Translations under genes and position numbers: made by a program
The notes under the pieces: generated by a model
The model's input: only the letters and a program-made list of their open reading frames with translations
Databases searched by the model: none
Told to the model about the DNA's origin: nothing
Part shown: in pieces, positions 21,764-32,031 of the stretch
How the letters are laid out: each line of letters opens with the position of its first letter
How positions within the stretch are numbered: the stretch's first letter is position 1
Assembly: GCA_964398475.1 (NCBI GenBank)
Contig: CAYNMP010000003.1
Coordinates: forward strand, 137,269 to 201,268
Source of the DNA: an uncultured Chitinophagaceae bacterium
GTDB taxonomy: Bacteria; Bacteroidota; Bacteroidia; Chitinophagales; LD1
Length of the DNA stretch: 64,000 bases
Direction of reading: 5' to 3'

Positions 21764-22816
21764 TTAAAATCTTCTGCTAGGTAATGATTTACTGCCTTTA
21801 AAGTATCGGATACTTTCACCAACATAAGACAACGAAATTTCAAACGCGCCTTGATTTCTTGTAGTTGTTTTCAAAGGAGAAATATTTACATCATATGCAG
21901 CACCTAAGCGAATGTTTCGGAACTCCACCTGAATCATTGGAATAACAGCATCTCCCACACGGTAGCGTACACCTGCATGTATACTATTATTTTTGCGGAA
22001 ACCGGTTTGGAAATAGTAACTGAAGAATAATGCCGGATTAATTTCACGGGCAGGGCCTTGCATTAAAAATACGAACTCAGGGGAGATAGAGATATTTTTC
22101 TTCTTTCCGAAAAATGCCTCTAAATTGAAATCGGCAGTAATTCTTCTGTAATCTAAGCCATTAACAGCTTTCGCTAAATTAGCTTCAGTAATAAAATTTT
22201 CTTTAGGTTCTAATAAATGATATGCTCCAACACCTAATCCTAATCTTACAACATCTTTGAAATTGGATTTCCAATATAAACCTACATTGAGGTCACCATT
22301 GTAAATACCACGTTTCAAATTCTCTTCGGTAGACGTTTTAGGCGTTTGGCTGTGATCTACAAATTGATCGCCAAATAAAGGATCGTCAATTCTTTTTTGG
22401 ATAAACCCGCCTTGGAGTCCAAGAGATAAACGGTGGTTTCCATCTTTCCCGAAACCTTGGTGGTATGCCAATGTAACGGTAGCATTCAAATAGGACAAAC
22501 CGGCCTGACCGCTTCTGTCGTTAAACACGGCTACCCCTGCAGCCAGTTTCGATTTACGAAGATACCCTTCCAAGAAAGAGACATCTACATCAGCTCCTAC
22601 CGTTTGGTAGGCAGATTTCTGCAATGCTTGTGCCCATTGATTTCTATAGGTAACAGCAGCACGAAAGCTACCATCATAATTACCTACTAAACCGGGGTTT
22701 AAGTGCGATGCAAAAGTATAAAATTGAGTAAAATGGGGATCTTGCGCATGGAGAGTAACAACGCTAAGTGCCGCTACAAATGTTCCAATTGCTTTTCGGA
22801 TGGTATAAATTGCCAT
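21764..22816 (-). CDS. PorP/SprF-family type IX secretion system membrane protein
   Basis: 350 aa. Signal peptide, then the family-typical DPHFTQFYTFASHLNPGLVG. Beta-barrel-like alternating pattern to the C-terminus. Confidence 0.8.
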   Translation of the reverse strand: MAIYTIRKAIGTFVAALSVVTLHAQDPHFTQFYTFASHLNPGLVGNYDGSFRAAVTYRNQWAQALQKSAYQTVGADVDVSFLEGYLRKSKLAAGVAVFNDRSGQAGLSYLNATVTLAYHQGFGKDGNHRLSLGLQGGFIQKRIDDPLFGDQFVDHSQTPKTSTEENLKRGIYNGDLNVGLYWKSNFKDVVRLGLGVGAYHLLEPKENFITEANLAKAVNGLDYRRITADFNLEAFFGKKKNISISPEFVFLMQGPAREINPALFFSYYFQTGFRKNNSIHAGVRYRVGDAVIPMIQVEFRNIRLGAAYDVNISPLKTTTRNQGAFEISLSYVGESIRYFKGSKSLPSRRF

Positions 22817-22921
22817 AGGCTTGGATTATAGTTTAGTTAAAGTTAGCAATTATTAGCAATTGTGGAAATTTTCGTAAATATAAATTTTATCCACAGTTGA
22901 ATAACGAAAGGGTAATTCGCC

Positions 22922-24076
22922 TTAAACAGCAGGCTTCTTTATTCTATTGTAGTAAAACCAAGTCCATGCCATACCTAATACCCCAGCTAGCACTAATACA
23001 ATTGAAATTAGTTCTGATTGCTTGAGGCCGATTCCAAAAACATAATACAAACCTCTTCCACTCAAATCTCGAATCTGTTCAATGGTATATCGCTGTATTC
23101 CAATCAGAATAAAGAAAAGGAAGAACAGCATACCCGGAGTAGCGGTCATACGCTTTCTTAAAGCATGTAGTATAAAAAAGATGGCTGTACACATTAAAAA
23201 TTCGTAGATAGGCGTAGGGTAAACCGCCTCTGAAAGTACAAAACAATGTGCCTCTGTACAACCATTCATCATTACCCCCATATCTGCAATATTATGAGCA
23301 TATGTAGATGACCACAGGAATTGTGGAATGAAATCAGGTTTTGTTGCCGTGTTTACAACACCCCAGTCGCCATCGCCCGAAACTTGGCAACCAATTCGCC
23401 CAATGCCATTTGCTAATATGAAACAATACGCTAATGCATCAAATAGGTTAGGTACGTTAATTTTCTTCACATACGAATAAACAAGTAGGGCAATTCCGGC
23501 ACAAATCATTCCTCCGTATACCGACAAACCACTAAAAATAGACCCCACGGGATCTTTCCAGAAGTTTGCATAATCTTCAGGACTTTCCAAAAAGTTAAAA
23601 AAGTTAGAGCCTAATACGCCAAAAATTGCACATATAACAACGAAATCGCCAATCAAATCAGACGGGAAAATACGCACCACTTCTGTATAGGCCTCTTTCT
23701 TTTCCTTTCGCAACTCCATCCACAATTTGGGTAACGCAAAAACAGCAGCAACGGCAAGCCCAATGAACTTCGTATCGATATTCAGGGTTACCATTTCGCC
23801 CCCTTTCCAACCAATAACATAGCCGATGCCGGCATAAAGCAATAAAGACAGATAGTCTACACCCGAATGATGCGTTACTGTTTTCTCGGTATAAGCAAAC
23901 AAACCCAAAGCTTCTCTTCGCTTTAGCTCTTTCCCAATAACATAAGCAGCTGCCATGAAACCTGCAGCAACCCAAAATCCATAACTGAAAATAGGAAGGA
24001 AACGTAAATCGATGGTTTCGTTGGAAACTAAATAAAGCCAATCTGTAATTTTCGGGTAGCAACGATCAAACAACAT
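22922..24076 (-). CDS. lgt: Prolipoprotein diacylglyceryl transferase-like polytopic membrane protein
   Basis: Multi-TM protein with an Lgt-like N-terminus (FSYGFWVAAGFMAAAYVIGKELKRRE) and a GIGRIGCQVSGDGDWG motif. First ATG is at 24076; 24082 is TTG. Longer than the classical Lgt. Confidence 0.6.
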   Translation of the reverse strand: MLFDRCYPKITDWLYLVSNETIDLRFLPIFSYGFWVAAGFMAAAYVIGKELKRREALGLFAYTEKTVTHHSGVDYLSLLLYAGIGYVIGWKGGEMVTLNIDTKFIGLAVAAVFALPKLWMELRKEKKEAYTEVVRIFPSDLIGDFVVICAIFGVLGSNFFNFLESPEDYANFWKDPVGSIFSGLSVYGGMICAGIALLVYSYVKKINVPNLFDALAYCFILANGIGRIGCQVSGDGDWGVVNTATKPDFIPQFLWSSTYAHNIADMGVMMNGCTEAHCFVLSEAVYPTPIYEFLMCTAIFFILHALRKRMTATPGMLFFLFFILIGIQRYTIEQIRDLSGRGLYYVFGIGLKQSELISIVLVLAGVLGMAWTWFYYNRIKKPAV

Positions 24077-24114
24077 AAACAAGGGTTAAATTAAGTTGCT
24101 ATATACAAAAAGCA

Positions 24115-24139
24115 AAGGACGAAACAATATTTCGTCCTT
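24115..24139 (-). terminator. Rho-independent terminator after gcvP
   Basis: Stem aaggacgaaa (24115-24124) / tttcgtcctt (24130-24139). On the minus strand it is followed by tgctttttgt. Confidence 0.7.
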
Positions 24140-24176
24140 GCAATTTCAAGTTTTAAAATCTATTAACGGAAATCGA

Positions 24177-27065
24177 TTATCTGTATTCCTCAACGCTAGG
24201 ACAAGTACATACCAAGTTTCTATCGCCATGTGAGTTGTTCACACGTCCAACACTTGGCCAGAATTTATTGAAACGCGTGAAAGGGAGTGGGAATGCAGCC
24301 ACTTCACGCGAATAGGCATGTTCCCAATTTTCGGCTGTGACAACTTCAACGGTGTGTGGTGCATTCTTTAATGGATTATCAGTGGCATCCATTGTTTTGT
24401 TTTGCACTTGTTTGATTTCATTTTGAATTTGAATCAAGGCATCACAGAAACGATCTAACTCTGCTTTATCTTCACTCTCGGTAGGTTCAATCATCAACGT
24501 TCCCGCCACAGGGAAAGAAACTGTTGGTGCGTGGAAACCATAATCCATCAAACGTTTAGCAATATCTTCAACCTCAATACCAACGGTATGTTTATAGTGA
24601 CGGAAATCTAAAATCAACTCATGCGCTACATTTCCGTTTTCTCCGGTGTATAGCACTTGGAACTCGTTCTCAAATCGAGCACGCATATAATTGGCATTGA
24701 AAATAGCGTATTTAGTAGCATCTGTTAAACCCCTTGCGCCCAACATTTTTATGTAACCATAGGAAATGAGCAAGATACTCGCACTTCCCCAAGGTGCTGA
24801 AGAGATAGCTGAAATCGCTTTTTCGCCACCCGTTTTCGTAATTGGGTTTGAAGGCAAATAAGGCGCTAAATGTTTTGCTACACAAATTGGTCCCATGCCC
24901 GGACCTCCACCTCCGTGAGGGATAGCAAATGTTTTATGTAAGTTGATGTGATTCACATCGGCACCAATAAATCCCGGACCGGTTAAGCCTACTTGTGCAT
25001 TCAAGTTAGCACCATCCATATAAACTTGCCCACCATTCGCGTGAATCAATTGACATACATCTTTAATATTCGTTTCGAATACTCCGTGTGTAGAAGGATA
25101 GGTTACCATCAAGCAGCACAAATCATCTTTGTGTTCTTCTGCTTTTTTCACTAAGTCATCGAATTCAATATTTCCTTTTTCATCTGTATTTACTACAACT
25201 ACATGCAATCCAACCATAACGGCTGTTGCAGGGTTTGTACCATGCGCAGAAGCAGGAATCAACGCCACATTTCTATGTCCTTGTCCGATATCTTTTTGAT
25301 ACGCACGAATAACCTGAATACCGGCATATTCGCCTTGTGCACCTGAGTTTGGTTGCAATGAAGTGGCATGAAAACCAGTGATTTCGGCCAATGCAGCTTC
25401 CAATTCGTTGATAATTTCTAAATAGCCCTCGGCCTGATTCAATGGCACAAAAGGGTGAATATGTGCAAACTCGGCCCAACTTACCGGCTCCAATTCTGCT
25501 GCAGCATTGAGTTTCATAGTACATGAACCCAAAGCAATCATGGATTTGGTTAAGGACAAATCTTTATTTTCTAACGATTTGATGTAACGCATCAACTGAC
25601 TTTCAGTGTGATGTGTGTTGAACACCGGATGCGTTAAATAACTTGAGCTTCGCACCAAAGTACTTGGCAATGCTAGGTTTGAGCCGTTTACTTCTTGCGG
25701 GCAAACAAAAGTTGTTGATTTACCTGCAGCTGAAGCAAAAATACGTACAATAGCTTCTATGTCTTCAGGTAAAGTAGTTTCATCGATTGAAATAGAAATA
25801 AAATTATTGCAACTGTAAAAGAAGTTTACTTCATTTTTTAATGCCGTTTCGTTGATGGTTTCCAACAATTTTTTATCGCCTTTAACATCGATGGTTAGCG
25901 TGTCAAAATAATGGGCATTATGTAATGTATATCCTAAACTTACTAACTCTTTTGCTAAGATATTCGTTAAAGTATGTACGCGAGAAGCTATGTCTTTCAA
26001 GCCTTTCGGACCGTGATACACGCCATACATACCGGCCATAATCGACAATAAGGCTTGCGCAGTACAAATATTTGAAGTAGCTTTTTCTCTTCGAATATGC
26101 TGCTCACGTGTTTGCAATGCCATACGCAAAGCCGGTTTGTTTTGTGCATCGATGGATACACCAATAATTCTACCCGGAATAATACGTTTAAAATCGTCTT
26201 TTGTAGCGAAGAACGCTGCGTGTGGACCTCCAAAACCCATTGGCACCCCAAATCGCTGCGAGTTACCGATGGCGCAATCTGCTCCAAATTCACCCGGAGG
26301 CGTAAGCAAGGTAAGCGATAATAAATCAGTAGCCACTGTTACATAACATTCCACCGTATGGCATTTATTGATAAAGGCTTTGTACTCGTTTACACTTCCG
26401 TCATAAGCAGGATATTGCAACAACGCTCCAAAATAATCGTTAGTAATATCAACAGTGTTGTAATCGCCTACAACCACTTCGATACCTAAAACGGTAGCAC
26501 GTGTTTTCACCACATCTATCGTTTGCGGAAAACACAAATTCGATACAAAAAATTTAGTGTGTTCGAAATGCTTTTTATTTTTCACGCCCAAGAACATGCT
26601 CATGGCCTCAGCCGCAGCGGTTCCTTCATCCAACAACGAGGCATTTGCAATTGGCAAAGCCGTTAAATCCGAAACCATAGTTTGGAAATTCAACAAGGCT
26701 TCCAAACGCCCCTGAGCAATCTCGGCCTGATAGGGCGTGTACTGCGTGTACCAACCCGGATTCTCGAATATATTTCTGCGGATGGCAGCAGGCGTAACAG
26801 TATTGTAATACCCAAGACCAATATAACTTTTGTAAAGTTTGTTTTTCGAAGCTACCGCTTTCAATTTTTGCAAATACTCAAACTCGCTTAGCCCTTCCGG
26901 TAGATTTAATGGACGATCGCGTAAAATGGCTGCAGGTACTGTCTTTTGAATCAGTTCATCTACACTTTTCAAACCCATTACTTTGAGCATTTCCTGCTCG
27001 GCAGTTGCATCAATACCAATATGACGGCTAGTAAAATTATCGGTGGAGCGTAGATTCAAACTCAT
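24177..27065 (-). CDS. gcvP: Glycine dehydrogenase (aminomethyl-transferring), single-chain P protein
   Basis: 962 aa. PLP-lysine region [21 protein letters not shown]. Full-length two-domain P-protein architecture. Confidence 0.95.
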   Translation of the reverse strand: MSLNLRSTDNFTSRHIGIDATAEQEMLKVMGLKSVDELIQKTVPAAILRDRPLNLPEGLSEFEYLQKLKAVASKNKLYKSYIGLGYYNTVTPAAIRRNIFENPGWYTQYTPYQAEIAQGRLEALLNFQTMVSDLTALPIANASLLDEGTAAAEAMSMFLGVKNKKHFEHTKFFVSNLCFPQTIDVVKTRATVLGIEVVVGDYNTVDITNDYFGALLQYPAYDGSVNEYKAFINKCHTVECYVTVATDLLSLTLLTPPGEFGADCAIGNSQRFGVPMGFGGPHAAFFATKDDFKRIIPGRIIGVSIDAQNKPALRMALQTREQHIRREKATSNICTAQALLSIMAGMYGVYHGPKGLKDIASRVHTLTNILAKELVSLGYTLHNAHYFDTLTIDVKGDKKLLETINETALKNEVNFFYSCNNFISISIDETTLPEDIEAIVRIFASAAGKSTTFVCPQEVNGSNLALPSTLVRSSSYLTHPVFNTHHTESQLMRYIKSLENKDLSLTKSMIALGSCTMKLNAAAELEPVSWAEFAHIHPFVPLNQAEGYLEIINELEAALAEITGFHATSLQPNSGAQGEYAGIQVIRAYQKDIGQGHRNVALIPASAHGTNPATAVMVGLHVVVVNTDEKGNIEFDDLVKKAEEHKDDLCCLMVTYPSTHGVFETNIKDVCQLIHANGGQVYMDGANLNAQVGLTGPGFIGADVNHINLHKTFAIPHGGGGPGMGPICVAKHLAPYLPSNPITKTGGEKAISAISSAPWGSASILLISYGYIKMLGARGLTDATKYAIFNANYMRARFENEFQVLYTGENGNVAHELILDFRHYKHTVGIEVEDIAKRLMDYGFHAPTVSFPVAGTLMIEPTESEDKAELDRFCDALIQIQNEIKQVQNKTMDATDNPLKNAPHTVEVVTAENWEHAYSREVAAFPLPFTRFNKFWPSVGRVNNSHGDRNLVCTCPSVEEYR

Positions 27066-27245
27066 ATTCTATTTTTTGTGTGTGCGAAGTTATAAATAAC
27101 TGTTGTTTATGATATAAAGTTTAAAAGATATTGGATGATAATCATCAATGTGTGCAAAGATTGTGGATAGTTGCTGTTGTTAAATCATTCAAAAGGGTTG
27201 AAAAAAATGATTTTTAACCAAAGATTCCGTTTAGATTTGAGAAGT

Positions 27246-27908
27246 ATGAAAGTTAAATTCATTTATCTAGGACTCTTATGTCTGCTTTCCGTGTTTGCTT
27301 ATGCGCAAGACCGTGAACCAAAAGTGGTTCAGTTTTCGGGCTTTGCCATGACCTCCGATTCATTACAGGGAGTGCCTTATGCGCATGTAACAATAAGGAA
27401 TCGAGGACGAGTTGCTACAGCCAGTGCCGAAGGTTATTTTTCTTTTGCAGCTCAAGAAGGAGACACCTTATATTTTACTTGTATAGGTTTTAAACCCTCG
27501 GTATACATTTTACCCAACGTGTTGGATAAGGATAAATACTCGGTGATTCAGTTGATGTCGAGAACCGAATACTACATTGGAGGGGTGATCATTTACCCTT
27601 GGGGCGATAAGGATGGGTTTAAACGTGCTTTTCGCGATTTGAAATTGCCTAAAGACGACCTACAACGTGCCGAAGAGAATATGGATCCGCAAATGTTGGC
27701 GGCCTTAGCGCAACAACTTCAGCCCAGTGGAGCCGAGGCGGCTTCCTATTCATTGCGTTCAGGTTCAGTGCGCAAATCGTATTACGGACAATCTGCACCC
27801 AACAACTTGTTGAACCCCTTTGCTTGGTATTCGTTATACAAAGCGGCAAAAAATGGGGATTTAAAGATTAAAGACAAATCGGATTTACCACCGTTGAAAG
27901 ACGAATAA
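27246..27908 (+). CDS. CarboxypepD_reg-like domain protein (secreted)
   Basis: The ORF-track start 27171 is TTG. ATG 27246 gives signal peptide MKVKFIYLGLLCLLSVFAYAQ. CarboxypepD_reg-like segment VVQFSGFAMTSDSLQGVPYAHVTIRNRGRVATASAEGYFSF. Confidence 0.55.
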   Translation: MKVKFIYLGLLCLLSVFAYAQDREPKVVQFSGFAMTSDSLQGVPYAHVTIRNRGRVATASAEGYFSFAAQEGDTLYFTCIGFKPSVYILPNVLDKDKYSVIQLMSRTEYYIGGVIIYPWGDKDGFKRAFRDLKLPKDDLQRAEENMDPQMLAALAQQLQPSGAEAASYSLRSGSVRKSYYGQSAPNNLLNPFAWYSLYKAAKNGDLKIKDKSDLPPLKDE

Positions 27909-27915
27909 TTTAATT

Positions 27916-28362
27916 ATGCGCTACCTACTTTTTATTGGCATTGTTGTGTTTGGCTCATTGAATTCAGTTGCACAAAAGGCTGTTGACTTCAACTGTATAG
28001 TAAACAATTGGGTGCAAGGCAAAATAGAAGAGGATGGATCCATTGCGCATGCCGATCAAGGTCGCGGAGGCTGGGATAATTTGCAGCTTAATGCCAATCA
28101 CACAGTCACATTCAATACCGGTTTTATGTGTGGTTTTGGCTCTTCTAAATCGGGTAAATGGTGCATCAACAAGAAAAAAGGCACCATTACTTTTCGGTAC
28201 ACACAAAAAAAGGATTTTCAAAAAGGAAATGTTGCGGAGACAATAAACGAAACAAAAACGTATAAAATTGTTCGACTCACCGCTAAGGATATTTTGCTAG
28301 AACCTATACCCAATAAATACCACGACCAAATAGCTTTTGTGGTAGAAGCAAAACATGAATAA
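27916..28362 (+). CDS. Small secreted hypothetical protein
   Basis: 148-aa ORF with a signal peptide (MRYLLFIGIVVFGSLNSVAQ). No family recognised. Confidence 0.5.
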   Translation: MRYLLFIGIVVFGSLNSVAQKAVDFNCIVNNWVQGKIEEDGSIAHADQGRGGWDNLQLNANHTVTFNTGFMCGFGSSKSGKWCINKKKGTITFRYTQKKDFQKGNVAETINETKTYKIVRLTAKDILLEPIPNKYHDQIAFVVEAKHE

Positions 28363-28452
28363 CTGTAACGGAAAACACACGCTTTTTTGAATGCGTGGAT
28401 AACACAAATCGGCATCTAAATAGCTGAATAGAAATTTTATGTAGGTTTGAAC

Positions 28453-30075
28453 ATGAACCTTTTTGTCCGATATAATTTTGGGAATAGTGTATGGGTAGTA
28501 CTGCTTCTATTGGCTTTGCATTCGTGCCACAACGAAATTGTGAGCAGCAGCAACATTTTTCATTACAATCAAGCGAGCGGCATACCCACTTTAGATCCGG
28601 CATTTTCGAAAGACCAGTCGATTATTTGGGCCTGTAACCAATTGTATAATGGCTTAGTGCAATTAGACGATTCGCTCAACATTAAACCATCCATTGCAAA
28701 CACATGGGAGATCACCGATAGTGGCAAAACTTATACGTTTCATTTACGCAATGATGTATCATTCCACAATAATAAGTGCTTCCCGCAAAGCACACGAACA
28801 GTAACCGCTTACGACTTTGTTTATTCTTTACACAGAATCATCGACCCTAAAACGGCATCACCCGGGGCATGGATTTTTAACGGGAAAGTCGACAGCCTGC
28901 AACCTTTTACTGCCTTGGATTCGTTTACATTTCAAATTAAATTGAAGCAACCTTTTCTTCCGCTGATGGGTATTTTAACCATGCCTTATTGTTCAGTAGT
29001 TCCAAAGGAAGCTGTGGCGTTTTACGGATTAGATTTTCGGGCGAATCCGGTGGGTACTGGCCCATTCCAACTCAAAAAATGGAAAGAAGGCGTGGCTTTG
29101 ATTTTAACGAAAAACGAACATTACTTTGAAATGTTGGGTAATGAGCGGTTGCCATTTATGGATGGGATTCGCGTTTCGTTTATAGCCGATAAAAAATCGG
29201 AAATCATGGCCTTTCAGCGCAAGCAACTTGATTTTATGACTGACTTGGATGCGAGTAACATCAAAACTATGCTCGATGAAAAAGGGGCATTACGTGAAGA
29301 GTATACCAAGCAATTTGTATTAAGTAAAACACCTAATTTAAACACGGAATATTTAGGCATCAATCTGAGTGATAGCAATACCGCTAACCCATTGTCTAAT
29401 CCAAAAATACGGCAAGCGATTAACTGCGGTATCGATCGGAAAGAAATTCTACGCTACTTAAGAAATGGTATCGGAAAACCGGCTGAGAATGGGTTTGTAC
29501 CTTATGGACTACCATCGTTCGATGCTAACAACAAAATTTACACTTACAATAGCGATAAAGCTTCGAAACTAATACAGGAAGCAGGCTACAATGCGAATCA
29601 TCCAATGCCCAAGATTACACTTTATACAAATGAAACTTATCGTGAAGTAGGCTTAATGGTGGCGAAACAATTATCAAAAATAGGCATGGAAGTGAAATTG
29701 GAAATTAATCCTTCTTCGATTTTACGCGAATGGATGGTGAAAGGGAAAGCCAATTTCTTTAGAGGATCGTGGATTGCCGATTATCCGGATGCGGAAAGTT
29801 ATTATGCTGTTTTTTATGGAAAAAATACTGCCCCTCCGAACTACACCCGTTTTCGCAATACTGAATTTGATAGAATTTACGAAGCTGCCTTAGCCGAATC
29901 GGAAATCAGTAAACGTTATGAACTTTATCATCAATTAGATAAGCTAATTGAAGTAGCTTCACCTGTTATACCATTGTATTACGATGAGGTGTTACGATTT
30001 TATCATTTTCATGTGCAAGGACTTACGCCCAATGCATTGAATTTGTTGAATTTGAAAACAGTACGACTGCAATAA
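28453..30075 (+). CDS. ABC-transporter substrate-binding protein, family 5 (peptide/nickel, OppA/DppA-like), probable lipoprotein
   Basis: About 540 aa. The first ATG is 28453, while the track start 28447 is TTG. Lipobox-like LLALHSC. Family-5 features (TLDPAFSKDQ, LVQLDDSLNIKPSIANTWE, GTGPFQLKKWKEG). No permease or ATPase gene is adjacent. Confidence 0.75.
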   Translation: MNLFVRYNFGNSVWVVLLLLALHSCHNEIVSSSNIFHYNQASGIPTLDPAFSKDQSIIWACNQLYNGLVQLDDSLNIKPSIANTWEITDSGKTYTFHLRNDVSFHNNKCFPQSTRTVTAYDFVYSLHRIIDPKTASPGAWIFNGKVDSLQPFTALDSFTFQIKLKQPFLPLMGILTMPYCSVVPKEAVAFYGLDFRANPVGTGPFQLKKWKEGVALILTKNEHYFEMLGNERLPFMDGIRVSFIADKKSEIMAFQRKQLDFMTDLDASNIKTMLDEKGALREEYTKQFVLSKTPNLNTEYLGINLSDSNTANPLSNPKIRQAINCGIDRKEILRYLRNGIGKPAENGFVPYGLPSFDANNKIYTYNSDKASKLIQEAGYNANHPMPKITLYTNETYREVGLMVAKQLSKIGMEVKLEINPSSILREWMVKGKANFFRGSWIADYPDAESYYAVFYGKNTAPPNYTRFRNTEFDRIYEAALAESEISKRYELYHQLDKLIEVASPVIPLYYDEVLRFYHFHVQGLTPNALNLLNLKTVRLQ

Positions 30076-30093
30076 TTACACAAATGAAAAATT

Positions 30094-30957
30094 ATGAAAC
30101 TAAAAACAACCGATCTAATCGTAAATGAAGACGGAAGTATTTACCACTTACACTTGAAACCCGAGCAAATTGCTGAAACGATTATTACTGTTGGCGATCA
30201 AGACCGTGTAGCTGATGTGAGTCAACATTTTGACGTGATTGAATATAAAGCTGCACATCGCGAATTTGTTACCCATACCGGGGTGATGAACAACAAACGC
30301 ATCACTGTGATTTCAACCGGAATTGGGACTGACAATATCGATATAGTATTGAATGAACTCGATGCATTAGCGAACATTGATTTCGTTACTAAAGCACCAA
30401 AAACGGAAATCAAATCGTTAGATATAATTCGCGTTGGCACTTCGGGTTGTGTGCAAGCAGATATTCCTATCAATTCTATTTTATTCAGCGAATATGCGAT
30501 TGGCTTGGAAGGCTTGTTAAATCACTATGCGTTTGAAAACACCATTCAAGAAACGAACTTGCGCGATGCTTTTGTTTCGCAAGTGCCATTGAAAAACATT
30601 TATCCGTATTGCTTTGCAGCCGGTGAATCGTTGATTAAAAAATTCGAGCCGCATTTCCGCAAAGGATTAACGATAACTGCCGAAGGGTTTTACGCTCCGC
30701 AAGGAAGGGTATTGCGTTACACCAACAACAATCCCGATTTTATAAAACAGTTAAATGCATTTAAACATCCTCATCATCGCGTCACTAATTTAGAAATGGA
30801 AACAGCCGGCATATACGGTTTAGGGAAAGTGTTGGGACATAGTTGTATTTCTATCAATGCCATTTTAGCGAATCGTATCACCGATGAATTCAGTGCAGAT
30901 CCAAAGAAAATTGTAGACGATATGATTGTTCAAGTGTTGGATATCCTTACAAAATAA
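30094..30957 (+). CDS. Nucleoside phosphorylase (PNP/UDP family, uridine-phosphorylase-like)
   Basis: 287 aa. Motifs IIRVGTSGCVQ and NLEMETAGIYGLG are typical of the PNP_UDP_1 fold. Confidence 0.75.
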   Translation: MKLKTTDLIVNEDGSIYHLHLKPEQIAETIITVGDQDRVADVSQHFDVIEYKAAHREFVTHTGVMNNKRITVISTGIGTDNIDIVLNELDALANIDFVTKAPKTEIKSLDIIRVGTSGCVQADIPINSILFSEYAIGLEGLLNHYAFENTIQETNLRDAFVSQVPLKNIYPYCFAAGESLIKKFEPHFRKGLTITAEGFYAPQGRVLRYTNNNPDFIKQLNAFKHPHHRVTNLEMETAGIYGLGKVLGHSCISINAILANRITDEFSADPKKIVDDMIVQVLDILTK

Positions 30958-30966
30958 TAAAGACCC

Positions 30967-31968
30967 ATGTTGGCATTTTTACGTTTCAAAAATCCACTCT
31001 TTAAACTAGCCAAACCCATCTTGTTCTTTCTGTTCATCATGGGTATTGGAACAGTAGGCTATGTGGCTATAGAAAAGTTCACCTTCCTGGAAGCGCTATA
31101 TATGACTGTAGTTACACTATCCACTGTAGGTTATATGGAGGTGAAACCACTTTCGGATGCAGGTCGCTATTTTACTATTGTAATTATTCTCACTAACCTT
31201 TCGCTGCTTACCTTTTACCTCACCATTCTTACACGTTACTTTACCGATGGAGAGTTTGTAAACGACTTTAAATCATATACCATGCAAAATAAAATTGACA
31301 CCCTCAGCAACCATGTGATTATATGCGGCTTTGGCAGAAATGGATTAGCCGCATCTAATATTTTTAAAGCGAACAATATCCCTTTTGTGATTATAGAATC
31401 AACTAAAGAGCAGATTGAAAAACGCAATGTACATGTTGAACACTTTATGATTGCCGATGCTACCAAAGATGAAACGTTGATTGAAGCAGGCATTCACCGT
31501 GCAAAAGCTATTATCACAACACTTCCTGATGATGCTGCCAATTTATATACGGTACTTACGGCACGTGAACTCAACAAATCGGTTACTATTATTTCACGTG
31601 CATCGAATGACGCTTCTGTAAAAAAGCTAAAGATTGCCGGAGCTAATAATGTGATTATGCCCGATAAAATTGGAGGCATTCACATGGCCACATTGGTGTC
31701 TTCGCCAGACATTAATGAGTTCATCGATATCATAGCAGCAAAATCGAGCAACGACTTTTTATTCCAAGAGTTAGAAATACAACAATCGTTTACATTAAAC
31801 AAAACCGAATTCCTTTCCAAATCAGGCGCTACTATCATTGGTATTAAAAAGGCAGATAACAGTTATATACTAAACCCTGAGGAAAGCATTGGAATAGAAA
31901 AAAACTGGAAATTGATTTTGATGTGTACAAAAGATCAAATGGTGAAAGCAAAAGCATTCTTTGCTTAA
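30967..31968 (+). CDS. Two-TM K+-channel-like protein with cytoplasmic RCK/TrkA-N domain and a non-canonical pore sequence
   Basis: 333 aa. TM1, then pore helix plus filter LYMTVVTLSTVGYMEV, then TM2. Rossmann motif VIICGFGRNGLA of RCK domains. Confidence 0.8.
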   Translation: MLAFLRFKNPLFKLAKPILFFLFIMGIGTVGYVAIEKFTFLEALYMTVVTLSTVGYMEVKPLSDAGRYFTIVIILTNLSLLTFYLTILTRYFTDGEFVNDFKSYTMQNKIDTLSNHVIICGFGRNGLAASNIFKANNIPFVIIESTKEQIEKRNVHVEHFMIADATKDETLIEAGIHRAKAIITTLPDDAANLYTVLTARELNKSVTIISRASNDASVKKLKIAGANNVIMPDKIGGIHMATLVSSPDINEFIDIIAAKSSNDFLFQELEIQQSFTLNKTEFLSKSGATIIGIKKADNSYILNPEESIGIEKNWKLILMCTKDQMVKAKAFFA

Positions 31969-31975
31969 GTCAAAA

Positions 31976-32011
31976 TAAAAAACCTACTCTATGATAACAT
32001 AAAGCAGGTTT
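31976..32011 (-). terminator. Possible terminator after the acyl-CoA dehydrogenase gene
   Basis: aaacct (31980-31985) / aggttt (32006-32011) with an inner tatg/cata pairing. On the minus strand it is followed by a T-rich run. Imperfect, with a long loop. Confidence 0.3.
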
Positions 32012-32031
32012 AGAAAAAATTTCAATTTGAA

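Noticed and set aside
27066-27170. Checked the gcvP leader for a glycine riboswitch.
   Set aside because: The AT-rich 105-nt leader contains none of the conserved GGAGAG...CACCG-type glycine-aptamer elements that I can recognise.
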